Source of the DNA: Octopus sinensis
Lineage: Eukaryota
NCBI RefSeq assembly: GCF_006345805.1
Contig: NC_043002.1
Coordinates: 101,308,001 to 101,372,000 of the forward strand
Direction of reading: 5' to 3'
Length of the DNA: 64,000 nucleotides
Shown: positions 52,450 through 64,000 of the stretch, piece by piece
Position numbering within the stretch: the first letter of the stretch is position 1
Layout: each line of letters begins with the position of its first letter
Program-made: the position numbers and the translations under genes
Notes under the pieces: model-generated
What the model saw: only the letters and a program-made list of their open reading frames with translations
Databases searched by the model: none
Told to the model about the DNA's origin: nothing

Positions 52450-54050
52450 TGGCGTTAACAGCCCTTCTTATCTTGTTCTCCTTGTCCTGTCTCTCACTGT
52501 TATATATTTATTTTTCCACTGTTTATATATATATTTTTTACTGTTTATATGTTTGTACTGTCGTTACCGTCTGCTCCTCCTCCCCCATTCCGTCGTCCAT
52601 CTGCGACGATACTTCCGTCGTAACTGCTATCCTGTCTTTTCTCGCCCGCCTTCTAAGGCTACTGGTCGACACATTTTCTCTCTCTCTCGTCGTCCACGAT
52701 AATCCAGCGTTTGCAATACTTTTTTCGTCTGGCGTTAACAGCCCCCTTCTTATCTTGTTCTCCTTGTCCTGTCTCTCACTGTTATAATTTATTTTTCCAC
52801 TGTTTATATATATATTTTTTACTGTTTATATGTTTGTACTGTCGTTACCGTCTTGCTTTTTTAACCCCTCTGCGAAAAGATCTCAGAATTTTAATTGATT
52901 TGCTTTTCGCGGGAAGGAAGTTTTCTTCGAAGTATACGTCTCGCTTTTATCCTTCGAAACGTTTAGTATATGAAACCTTAGCGACTGAAGAAGGGGATTT
53001 TTCGTTGTGCTTATTGTCCTGTATCTCTCTTTTTTTGCTTGTCTTGTTCCTGGTTTGTGTCTATGTGTTTCGTCTCTCTATGTGTTCGACGTCTTTTTGG
53101 TGTCCTGTACACATATATGCGTGTATATTTACATGTAGAGGTAGGTACGTACATATATGTTTATATATATGCATATGTTCTATTTTATTAACATATTATA
53201 CGACTAAACGCACGCACCCTATTAGTAAGATTGTTCTGTTTATCAAGTTAGCCTTGATATTAACTCTCACCGCGACTCTGCATCTTTCTTTCTTTCTCTC
53301 CCATTCCCTTTTTCGTCTTTTTTTCCCTCACTTAACTTGTCTCTTCCTCTCTCTCTCATTCTTCATTCTCTCTCTCCCTTTCACCATTCTTCATGGTCTC
53401 CTCGCACATTCCCTTCTTCTCTCTCTTCCTCTTGCCTCCTCCCCCCCATTCCCGTCGTCCATCTGCGACGATACTTCCGTCGTAACTGCTATCCTGTTCT
53501 TTCTCGCCCGCCTTCTAAGGCTACTGGTCGACACATTTTCTCTCTCTCGTCGTCCACGATAATCCAGCGTTGCAATACTTTTTTCGTCTGGCGTTAACAG
53601 CCCTTCTTATCTTGTTCCTCCTGTCCTGTCTCTCACTGTTATATATTTATTTTTCCACTGTTTATATATATATTTTTTACTGTTTATATGTTTGTACTGT
53701 CGTTACCGTCTTGCATTTTTTTCCCCTCTGCGAAAAGATCTCAGAATTTTAATTGATTTGCTTTTCGCGGGAAGGAAGTTTTTCCTCGAAGTATACGTCT
53801 CGCTTTTATCCTTCGAACGTTTAGTGGATGAAACCTTAGCGACTGAAGAAGGGGATTTTTCGTTGTGCTTATTGTCCTGTATCTCTCTTTTTTGCTTGTC
53901 TTGTTCCTTGGTTTGTGTCTATGTGTTTCGTCTCTCTATGTGTTCGACGTCTTTTTGGTGTCCTGTACACATAATGCGTGTATATGTACATGTAGAGGTA
54001 GGTACGTACATATATGTTTATATATATGCATATGTTCTATTTTATTAACA
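52449..54050. repeat. Partial tandem duplication A-B-A-C-B-A-C' (859-bp period)
   Basis: Module A (ctggcgttaacagccc...) occurs at 52449, 52729 and 53588. B occurs at about 52575 and 53435. C occurs at about 52853 and 53711. Confidence 0.9.
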
Positions 54051-54236
54051 TATATATATATATATATATATTATTATATATATATAATATATATATTATA
54101 TATATATATATATCTTTTCTGTATTAATCTTGCAAGATTCTTGATGTGAATTCGTGTGTTGAAACATATCTTTTTACTTAACACTAACCGGTAAGTGTGT
54201 TAAGTAATAAGGCACGAAATGAGAATGACTCTCCCC

Positions 54237-54570
54237 AGGCGCATGGCTCAGTGGTTAGAGCGTCGAGCTTACGATCGTGAGGTTGTGAGCTCGAATCCCG
54301 GACCGGGCTGCGTGTTGTGCTCTCGAGCAAGGCACTTTATTTCACGTTGCTCCAGTTCACTCAGCTGTAGAAATGAGTTGCGACGTCACTGGTGCCAAGC
54401 TGTATCGACCTTTGTCTTTCCCTTGGATAACACTGGTGGCGTGGAGAGGGGAGGCTGGTATGCATGGGCGACTGCTGGCCTTCCATAAACAACCTTGCCC
54501 GGACTTGTGTCTAGGAGGGTAACTTTCTAGGTGCAATCCCATGGTCATTCATGACCGAAGGGGGTCTTTA
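54237..54570 (+). mobile_element. tRNA-derived SINE, family B
   Basis: Full-length homolog of 4383-4728. Confidence 0.9.
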
Positions 54571-54624
54571 CCCTTATATATGCATATACACACACACACA
54601 GACAAAAACACACATATATATATC

Positions 54625-55790
54625 ATGTTGAATAAAAATATGGAACATTTTAAAACGTGAAATTCATTACAATATATTTCAGCAATGCTGAAATTTTATC
54701 CATCAAAGTAAGTACCATTATAATCAACACATTTTCTGCCAACGAGTTACAAGTTTGTTTATTCCGGTAATATAAAAATTTGGAGTTTTGGAGCTGAGGA
54801 ACTCTTTGAACGCACTTTTAGCATCGGCTTGATTTTTGAACTTCTCTCGCAGGAAACCATGAAGGTGCTTGACGAAGTGGTAGTAGGAAAAAGGTCTGGG
54901 GAATAAGTTGCGTGGAGAAGTATTTCGTAGCCAAGTTCCCTCGTCTTCTGCAGCGCCATTAGGGAAACGTGTTGTCGAGCATTGTCATGAAGAATGATTG
55001 GCCTTCATCTGTTGACGAGTCTGGGACGGAGGAGTAGCAGTTTTCCGTTCATTTTGGTAATTTCATGGCAACATGTATCTGCAGTAATGGTTTTCAGAGT
55101 TTTAAAAAGTTATAGTGGATGTGTCCAGCAGTACAGCACCAAACAGTCACCGTAACCTTCTTTTTGAAGAGCTCGGGTTAAGGGAAAGTTTTCGGTGCTT
55201 CATTTTCGTCCAACCACTGCTAAGTACTTTTTTATTTTATTATTGTACAGAATCCACTTTTCATCGCAGGTTACAATACAGTCGAGAAATGGATCGGTCT
55301 GATTACGGAGAAGAAGCGATGGGCAAATTTCATATCTGCGCATTTTCTGATTTTTATTCAAATCGTGTGGTACACATTTGTGAAGCCTTTTTGATTTTCC
55401 GATCGCCTACAAATGGTTTCAGGCAGTTTTCTGGCTAACTTGTTCTTTTGACAGTTCTTGAGTGGTTTTACGTGGATCTTTCTCAATGACAATCTTTAAT
55501 GGACCGTCATCGATGACAGATGAGGCTCCACAGCGCTTATGGTCATCAAGGCTCAGGTCACCACTTTGAAATCGTTTTTACCACTTTCGAGCTGACCACT
55601 CACTGGTCATCTCCTCACCAAAAAGTTTCGGTGATATCGCGATTCGTTTCAGCTGGATTTCGTCCTTTTTTGAAGTTGAATAGAAAATTATTTGATTATC
55701 GCGCTTTGACACTTCCATTTCAGATGGTTATAGCAACAGTGAAAAGGTGAAAAAAATATCAATGTTAAGTTATTGATGCATTTGGATATG
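54625..55790 (-). mobile_element. Mariner element, near full-length pseudogenised transposase
   Basis: RFQSGDLSLDD, CVPHDL (WVPHEL-like), IVTCDEKWILYNN, IILHDNARQH, LLHATYSPDL and INKLVTRWQKCVDYNGTYFD, with multiple stops and frameshifts. Confidence 0.9.
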
Positions 55791-55919
55791 TATGTACATG
55801 TGTATGTATACACACACACACACACACACACTGGTGTAAAACACACTCCACCACATCATAGACACATGTACGTATTTATCAGACAACCGTGCCCCATATT
55901 TATACACACATCTTTACCT

Positions 55920-56275
55920 TTTGTCTTTCATCTTTTCCTTGTTTCAGTCATTAGACGACGACCATGCTGGAGCACTGCCTTGAACAGCTTTAGCGAAATT
56001 GATCAACCTCAGTGTTTATACTATCGTCTCCTTTGACGACCCACTGTTACAAGGACGTAAATACACAAACAACGGTTTTCAAACAGCAGTGGGGGACGGG
56101 TACGATCACACACGCACATGACGTGCTTCTTCCAGTTTCCATCCAGCAAATCCACTCCCAAGGCTTTGGTCAGGCCGTGGCTATGGTAGAAGATTATTAC
56201 CCAAGGTGCTATGACTGGGACTGAAACCTGAACCATGTGGTTGGGAAACAAACTTCTTACCGCGTAGGCAGACTG
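55920..56275 (-). mobile_element. SINE family C
   Basis: tgtttcagtcattagacgacgaccatgctggagcactgcc...gggactgaaacctgaaccatgtggttggg. Confidence 0.85.
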
Positions 56276-57004
56276 GAGACTACACATATATACAATTCTA
56301 TAGAACACCGTACATACATACTTACCATATTAAAAAATAGTAGTAAATGGTTCTCCGTCGGTTTTGACGACGAGGATTCAATTAGTCATTAACTCAATTG
56401 CTTGCTCATTTAATTAGCGTGTAAGAGAATGAATATACCACAGAAATGTACACCCTTAATGTAATTCTCAGTAAACCTAGAAACACAGCGTGGCAACACT
56501 TTATCCTTGAATTCCACGAAGAAGGAATCCATTAGGCTTCGGTACAGTTTCTGTCAATGCACTTTGTCTTTCAAGGTGATTGTAACGAAAAGTGCCCGAG
56601 ATTCTTACATAATACCTCACTACATACTACGGCACACATGCATGGCAAATGATTGACCGTCATCTATGACAGATAAGTTCTGCCAGCTCGCCGCCTTGGC
56701 AGAAGCAGATATAGACACCCGGCTCTTATGATGCGCCCCTTATGACCTTTGGAACTTAGATAAGTTCTTCCACACCCTTAACATAATTTCAACACCACAA
56801 AGAAAATCACTCTCACTGTCCTCCAGCACTCCACATCAATATCATAGTCTACAAGGTCTGGAGAGAAAAAAAAGAAGAAAAGAAACCACCCTTCCCCAGA
56901 AAGTACAGTCATATCTACTTTACTGTTCGGTGGCTGTGGTTTATTAATATTTGTTATTCTTTCGTTGGTTGTTTTAGGTGCCAATGTAGGCGGAAGCAGA
57001 TATA

Positions 57005-57240
57005 TATATTTCTTTACTACCCACAAGGGGCTAAACATAGAGGGGACAAACAAGGACAGACAAAGGGATTAAGTCGATTACATTAACCCCCAGTGTGTAA
57101 CTGGTTCTTAATTTATCGACCCCGAAAGGATGAAAGGCAAAGTCGACCTCGGCGGAATTTGAACTCGGAACGTAACGACAGATGAAATACGGCTACGCAT
57201 TTCACCCGGCGTGCTAACGTTTCTGCCAGCTCGCCACCTT
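57005..57240 (-). mobile_element. Family A SINE (young copy)
   Basis: 16-bp TSD ggcggaagcagatata at 56989-57004 and 57241-57256. Confidence 0.9.
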
Positions 57241-57599
57241 GGCGGAAGCAGATATAGACACCCGTCTCTTGTACGCGTCTCTTATGACATTTGAAACATC
57301 CAAGATGAGAGAACTGAAGGGACTGAAAGGCTCGTGCATGCGGTTTGTACTTAATGACCTTTACCCATCTAGCATAATTCAGCACAACCGCAGACATCAT
57401 CGCATACAATCACCATAATAAACACGATCCTCAGTATCGACACCACACAACACTACATCCAATATTACTGCAATCACTGATGGAAAGATTACAGTACAAT
57501 ACATTTAGCATTACCACAATCACCAGAATGTACACTACGATGCAGATCTTCAGTATTACGGCGGTTACTAGCATAGACACATAGTTTCAATATTATTAC

Positions 57600-57800
57600 A
57601 TTCATTCGTCGAGCAAAATGCGTAGCGGCATTTCGTTCAACTTTATGTTCTGATCTCAAATTACACTACCGAGGTGGACTTTGCTTTACTTATTTTTGGT
57701 ATCGATAAAATGAGTCCCAGTTGAGCATGAGGGTTGATGTAATCGACTTAAATCCTCCCCCAAAATTACTGGCATTGTGCCAAAATTTGAAACCAATATT
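57600..57800 (+). mobile_element. Older family A SINE
   Basis: cgtagcggcatttcg...gaggtggactttgc...atcgataaaatgagt...ggcattgtgccaaaatttgaaacc. Confidence 0.75.
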
Positions 57801-58327
57801 TAATTCTTTATTGCTCACAAGGGGCTAAACATAGAGGCGACAAACAGACAAAGGGACTAAGTCGATTACATCGACCTCAGTGTGTGACTGGTACTTATGT
57901 AATAGACCCCGAAAGGATGAAAGGCAAAATCGACCTCAGAACATAAGAGAGACAAAATACCTATTTTTTTACTACCCACAAGGGGCTAAACACAGAGGAC
58001 AGAAAAGGACAGACAAACGGATTAAGTTAATTATATCGACCCCAGTGCGTAACTGGTACTTATTTAATCGACCCCGAAAGGATGAAAGGTAAAGTCGACC
58101 TCGGCAGAATTTGAACTCGGAACGTAGCGGCTGACGAAATACCTATTTCTTTACTACCCACAAGGGGCTAAACATAGAGTGGACAAACAAAGGGATTAAG
58201 TCCATTACATCGACCCCAGTGCGTAACTGGTACTTAATTTATCGACCCCGAAGGCAAAGTCGACCTGACGAAATACCGCCAAGCATTTCGCCTGGCGTGC
58301 TAACGATTCTGCCTGCTCGCCGCCTTA
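57801..58327 (-). mobile_element. Family A SINE trimer (one head, three bodies)
   Basis: Two internal gaaatacc|tatttc junctions. A single 15-bp TSD tttgaaaccaatatt lies at 57786-57800 and 58328-58342. Confidence 0.9.
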
Positions 58328-59028
58328 TTTGAAACCAATATTGCTTCAGTCCAAGACACATCACTACATACATTCCACTGTATAACAATCACTATCGTAA
58401 AACCTACAGTCCGATACATTCAACATTACCGCATGCACCAACATACAAACTGTGGCTTGTCCATTCAGCGTTGCACATTACTTACATTCGCCATTAGCAC
58501 AACCACTGTAGCGTTCATGCGTAATAAGTATGTCGGACATATTCAAAAATAAATTCGGAAAAGCAACATAAAATACAAAAAAAAAAAAAAAAGAAAAAAC
58601 AATATAACTTTTTCACTCAATCTGCTAGAAATAGCTGTTGAATCTCACTTAAGTCACAATTATCACAGAGAAGGAAGACAACACGTCAAATGGTGGAGTC
58701 CTAAATAGCCGACTGCACAAAGAAAGTGAATGGCTTAGGCGAAAGTGCCTTTGAAAAAGACCAAATGGTTTGGTTGATGACGAGTGAAACCAGGAACTGC
58801 CTCAAACACAAACAGCAACAACACTCAAAGCTGGAATAAAACTTAGCATTAAACAACTAAACAAAGAAAATAAAATTAATAATAATAATATATAACATAA
58901 ATAAAAATACAGAGAATAAATAATAATGTATAAAATAAAATAATATTAAATAATAATAATAATATGATAAAGAAGAATAAATGAACAATGAATAAATAAA
59001 CCATAGAAAAAAATTACGAAAGTTTATA

Positions 59029-59422
59029 TCTTTACATATAAAAGTGAAGTTGTGTGACTGTCTCCTACGATTTAGATTCCTAACTACTCCCATATTTTGC
59101 GGTGCAGTTTAACCAAAACCGGGTATCTTATAGTCGTGATTCATATCGAGCCCTTCTGGGTATTAGCGGGCGTCTACGATGAGTCTACGATAAAAAAAAA
59201 AATTACCATCATTTTTTTCCATTTTAATGCATTTTTTCGCTATTATATAAGGGAAGTAACTCTTTAAAAATGTCTACGATGAGTCAACGATTTTTAAAAA
59301 ATTACCATCATTTTTTTTCCATTTTGAATGCATCTTTTTGCCAATTTTTGCTATAACTCTCTAAAAATGCTTATATAGTTATTTCCCTTACAAACCTGAG
59401 CAACGCCGGGCGATACTGCTAG
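59029..59422 (+). mobile_element. Non-autonomous Helitron-like element, complete
   Basis: a|TC...CTAG|t ends, subterminal cctgagcaacgccggg, and two internal subrepeats. Confidence 0.85.
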
Positions 59423-60484
59423 TTTAATATAAAACAGAAAAATTACGTCGAGTGTTTCAAGTTTAGGCTTTAAACCGGCAATTTTGAGTGGGGTGGGTGG
59501 GCGTTAGGAAAATTGTGAGTGACAGCAGTTGGCGAGGTGTGTGAATGAGATGAGAGAAGCTGGCAGGGAGGGAGACGAAAGTATCCGAGGAAAAGTGGTA
59601 TGAAACGAAACAGATACGTACTTGCACAGCATGTAACTTTTTCATGAGGAGTCACTGATAAGGCAATGATCGGAGGAGCCTACAAGTGTAGAGACGAAGA
59701 AGGATTGGTACAGAACGAGTTGTCAAACAAGAAATTAAAGGTTATTGGTGTAGGTCAGGAGTGCGTGGAGGAGGTGAAACTAACTGGTGCAGATTATAAT
59801 TTCTGGGCCAGTTGATACATAAAACCTGGAGGATATCTTTTTAATTACCAAACGAATACCAGCTCCATGCGAGAAGGGTTAGATAATCTCAAGAATTACG
59901 AATTCTCCAAAGCTGTTCGGCCATTAAAGAAGACGACAAAGAGAGAGAGAGAGAGAAAGAGAGAGGGTGAGAGAGTAGTCGTTGATATAGATTTCTGCCT
60001 CAGCAGGCGTCATCAGCATGATAATTGGCCGATCGTCAGCAGCTAAGAAATGTAGATTTATACAAAAATAGTCCAACACAATTACGGCCTAAGTAATTTA
60101 TATAAATTTATTAACACTGAGCTAAGAGAAATACCTTAGACTGGCTAGTGTCTATGTTATTCACGTACATACTGGAACAACATAGACAAATACAGATACA
60201 TTAAATACCATACAACATAAATTCCTAACTTATAAAAACCATCTCCGCCGATAGACGATGTGCCACAATTATCAAACGCCATTTGAGAACAGATCCATAT
60301 GCAAAAGGGAAATAACCACAAGAATGTATGTATATAATGATACATAAAGAATGAAATCAATGAAAGAAGATGGGACACTTTGCAATGACTCTGCATTCCA
60401 CAACCACCTACTTAGATATATTATACACGCACACATACACACACACACACACACATACACACACACACACACCACACACACACA

Positions 60485-60551
<67 letters not shown>

Positions 60552-60562
60552 ATATATATACA

Positions 60563-60791
60563 TAAGGCGAGCTGGCAGAAACGTTAGCACGCAGGGCGAA
60601 ATGCGTAGCCGTATTTCGTCTGCCGTTACGTTCTGAGTTCAAATTCCGTCGAGGTCGACTTTGCCTTTCATCCTTTCGGGGTCGATAAATTAAGTACCAG
60701 TTACGCACTGGGATCGATGTAATCGACTTAATCCGTTTGTCTGTCCTTGTTTGTCCCCTCTGTGTTTAGCCCCTTGTGGGTAGTAAAGAAA
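60563..60791 (+). mobile_element. Family A SINE (young copy)
   Basis: ggcgagctggcagaaacgttagc...gtagtaaagaaata, inserted in a TA-rich tract. Confidence 0.9.
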
Positions 60792-61130
60792 TATATATAT
60801 ATATATAATACATACATACACATACATACACATACACAAACACACAAACATGTATATGCACAGCAAATCAATAACAAAGCTCAAAATCAAATCCAAAGCA
60901 CCTACCGAAATAGTATTTAGTAGAAGTTCAAAGGGGTAAACTGTTAGAAAGTGAGAGTTATTGGATAAACATATAACGTTTCGGATAAAAATCCATCGTC
61001 AAATATACAATCATATACACAAAAGTCGCGGGAAGAGGAGAAAATATGGTGGGTTAGAGATAAGAAAAGAGAGCCACATGAAAACGCACGAGGGTAACAT
61101 CTACGTTCAAATACTCACATATGTATGTAC

Positions 61131-61197
<67 letters not shown>

Positions 61198-61376
61198 CAT
61201 CTATCCGTCTGTCTGTCTATCTCTCTCTCTCTCCTCTTCTAATATATATATATTATATATATATATATATATATATGCATGTATGTTTGTATATGTATAT
61301 TCACACACATATATATATACATGTATGTGTGTGTGTATGTATATGGACATCCATCTCTCTCTCTCTCTCTCTCTCT

Positions 61377-61417
<41 letters not shown>

Positions 61418-61504
61418 TATTAGAGACAAAACCACTATTTTGCAAAACAAACAAGGAAAGACTTAATCAATACATAAAACTTTAATAAATAGTCAAAAAA
61501 ACCG

Positions 61505-61547
61505 CCACTACAATCGTTTCTTGTCTTGATCGACAATCTTCAGGTGG
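61505..61547 (-). ncRNA. Canonical minimal type I hammerhead ribozyme motif
   Basis: Reverse strand reads ccac CTGAAGA ttgtc-gatcaa-gacaa GAAAC gatt GTA gtgg. All core nucleotides are canonical, stem I is 4 bp, stem II is 5 bp, and stem III has 2 bp plus a self-complementary loop. Confidence 0.8.
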
Positions 61548-62039
61548 ACTTCCAATCTAAAAAATCAATATTTTAAAATATAAAAATAATAATAATAATA
61601 CATACATACACATACATACACATACACAAACACACAAACATGTATATGCACAGCAAATCAATAACAATTTTTTTTTAACGGCTAAGAATTTAATTTCACT
61701 TCATAATTTGAAACTGACTTGTAAGTATGTCTTTTATTTATCCTTATGTCAATTGTTTATTTTGATATTCTGGTTAATTACGATGTATTTAATGTTGTTT
61801 TCATAGGAGTGTTTATGTATATGAGTTTGTGTGTGAGTTTTTAGTTGTATAATTTATTTATCTGTATGAGTGTGGGTGTGTAAATATTGTTGTATATATC
61901 GAGTTTAGTGAGTATGTATATGCGTATATGTGAGGGAGTATATGTATCCGTTGTGTGTGTGTGTTTTACGTGTGTGTGTGTTTTGGTGTGAATGTGTATA
62001 TGGGTTTGTTATTTAGGTTTTTGGGATGTATGTGTTAAT

Positions 62040-63745
62040 TTGTCTGTGTGGGGAGTGAGTGGGTTTTGGTGTATATTGAGGTTTAAGTTAGTATAGGTAT
62101 GTGTATAAGTCGTGGGTCTGTGGTTTACGTGTGTGTATTTGTGTGTGAATGTTTCGGTTAGGGGGATTATTATATAGTTTGTTATAGAGTTTAGCAAAGG
62201 GAGATTTTATCGTTATATGTTTTAAGAGTTTTGGTTTATCATGGTTTTTTTTAGGGAATTCGTGGTAATTTGTCTATTTTCGATGTTGGTTGTTTTATTA
62301 CATTGTTTCATTCATAATTTTTGAGTGGTGTTCGTTTTGCCACGTGAATATTATTTTTAATTCCATTTATTCCATTTCTCTCCATTCATTAATTCGTTTC
62401 CAGAGCGGTTATACTTTTTATACATATGTTAAGTTCCTTGGTAAAGTAATTTTGTTTGGTGTATATGTTGAGGCTTATATGTACTTGTGGGTGTGTGTGA
62501 GTGGGGTGGGTGTTTGTATTTGTTATGGGTGTGTGGTTTACGTGTGTGTTTTTGTGTGTGAATGTATAGGTTAAAGGGATTGCTATATAAGTATGTTATA
62601 GTGTTTAGTAAGGGAGGTTTTATCATTTCTGTTTTGTGAGTTTTAGCTTATCATGGTAGTTTTATAAAAGAATCCATTCATAATTTTTGTGTTTATTTGG
62701 TCTGTGTGGGGTTGAGTGGGTTTTTGGAGTATATGTTGAGATTTATATGTATGTATTGGTATGTGTAAGTGGTGTGGGTATTTGTATATGTCGTGGGTGT
62801 GTGGTTTACGTGTGTGTATTTGTGTGTGAATGTTTAGGTTAGGGGGATTGCTATATAGGTTTGTTATAGAGTTTAGTAAAGGGAGATTTTATCATTATAT
62901 GTTTTTATGAGTTTTGGTTTATCATGATAGGTTTGTTAAGGAATTCGTAGTAATTTGTGTCTATTTGCGATGTCTGTTTTTTTATTGCATTTTTCATTCA
63001 TAATTTTTAAGTAGTGTTCGTTTTTACCAAGTGAATATAATTTTTAATTCCATTTATATTTTCAATTTCTCCATTCTTAATTCGTTTCCAGAGCGGTTAT
63101 ACTTTTTATACATATTTAAGTTCCTTGGTAAAGTAATTTTGTTTGGTGTATATGTTGAGGCTTATATGTACTTGTGGGTGTGTGTGAGTGGGGTGGGTGT
63201 TTGTATTGTTATGGGTGTGTGGTTTACGGGTGTGTTTTTGTGTGTGAATGTATAGGTTAAAGGATTGCTATATAAGTATGTTATAGTGTTTAGTAAGGGA
63301 GGTTTTATCATTTCTGTTTTGTGAGTTTTAGCTTATCATGGTAGTTTTATAAAAGAATCCATTCATATTTTTGTGTTTATTTGTCTGTGTGGGGTTGATG
63401 GGTTTTTGGAGTATATGTTGAGATTTATATGTATGTATTTGGTGTGTAAGTGTGTGGGTATTTGTATATGTCGTGGTGTGTGGTTTACGTGTGTGTATTT
63501 GTGTGTGAATGTTTAGGTTAGGGGGATTGCTATATAGTTTGTTATAGAGTTTAGTAAGGGAGATTTTATCATTATATGTTTTTATGAGTTTTGGTTTATC
63601 ATGATAGGTTTGTTAAGGAATTCGTAGTAATTTGTGTCTATTTGCGATGTCTGTTGTTTTATTGCATTGTTTCATTCATAATTTTTAAGTAGTGTTCGTT
63701 TTTACCAAGTGAATTAATTTTTATTTCATTTATTCCATTCTCCTT
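62040..63745. repeat. G/T-skewed tandem array, ~680-690-bp unit, about 2.5 copies, with an internal two-subunit structure
   Basis: gtgaat anchor at 62344, 63031 and 63709. tggtttacg at 62121, 62534, 62802, 63220 and 63481 (alternating spacings of about 415 and 265). C is very scarce on the + strand from about 61780 to 64000. Confidence 0.9.
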
Positions 63746-64000
63746 CTTCTATTTCTCCGTTCATAGTTTTGAGTGATGTCCGTTTTCTAGAGCGTGATTG
63801 TGGGTTGTATGTGTGTTGTGTGGGAGTATGAATAAGTATTGTGTTGAAGTATTTAGCTATTTTATTTATTTATAGTTGCCTAGACTTTTTATGTGTATGT
63901 ATAGGGATATATATAGGTGTGTGATTTAGTGTATGTAGTTAGATATGGTTTATATAATTAGGTATATGTGTATGGGTGTTATATAGTTTATTATTATTAT

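Noticed and set aside
52955-53005. Possible type II (permuted) hammerhead in module C
   Set aside because: The 16 nt between GTA and CTGAAGA cannot form stem I, the second copy lacks GAAAC, and a simple hairpin explains the pairing.
62040-63745. Mitochondrial control-region NUMT, telomere array or CRISPR array as an explanation of the G/T-rich repeats
   Set aside because: No mitochondrial tRNA, rRNA or ORF was recognised, TTAGG-like words occur only once per unit, and there is no repeat-spacer pattern. A NUMT was not formally excluded without BLAST.

Overview
AT-rich, repeat-dense eukaryotic genomic DNA. The SINE families, REL-type retrotransposons and microsatellite load resemble octopus/coleoid cephalopod DNA; this is inference from repeat recognition, not a database result. 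No host protein-coding gene can be called with confidence, and most of the ORF track is translated microsatellite. The window holds tRNA-derived SINEs (at least 3-4 families, some multimeric), decayed non-LTR retrotransposons (R4/Dong-type REL, RTE, CR1-like, possibly Tx1/L1), Tc1 and mariner remnants, and three copies of a non-autonomous Helitron. The most notable signal is a set of minimal type I hammerhead ribozyme (HHR) motifs of the kind carried by Penelope-like elements (PLEs). One canonical motif lies at 61505-61547 on the minus strand. Two near-perfect inverted repeats (9408-9993 and 51992-52156) each carry a divergent pair of U4C-variant HHRs. A strongly G/T-skewed tandem array with a ~685-bp unit at the right end may be a PLE pseudo-LTR array.
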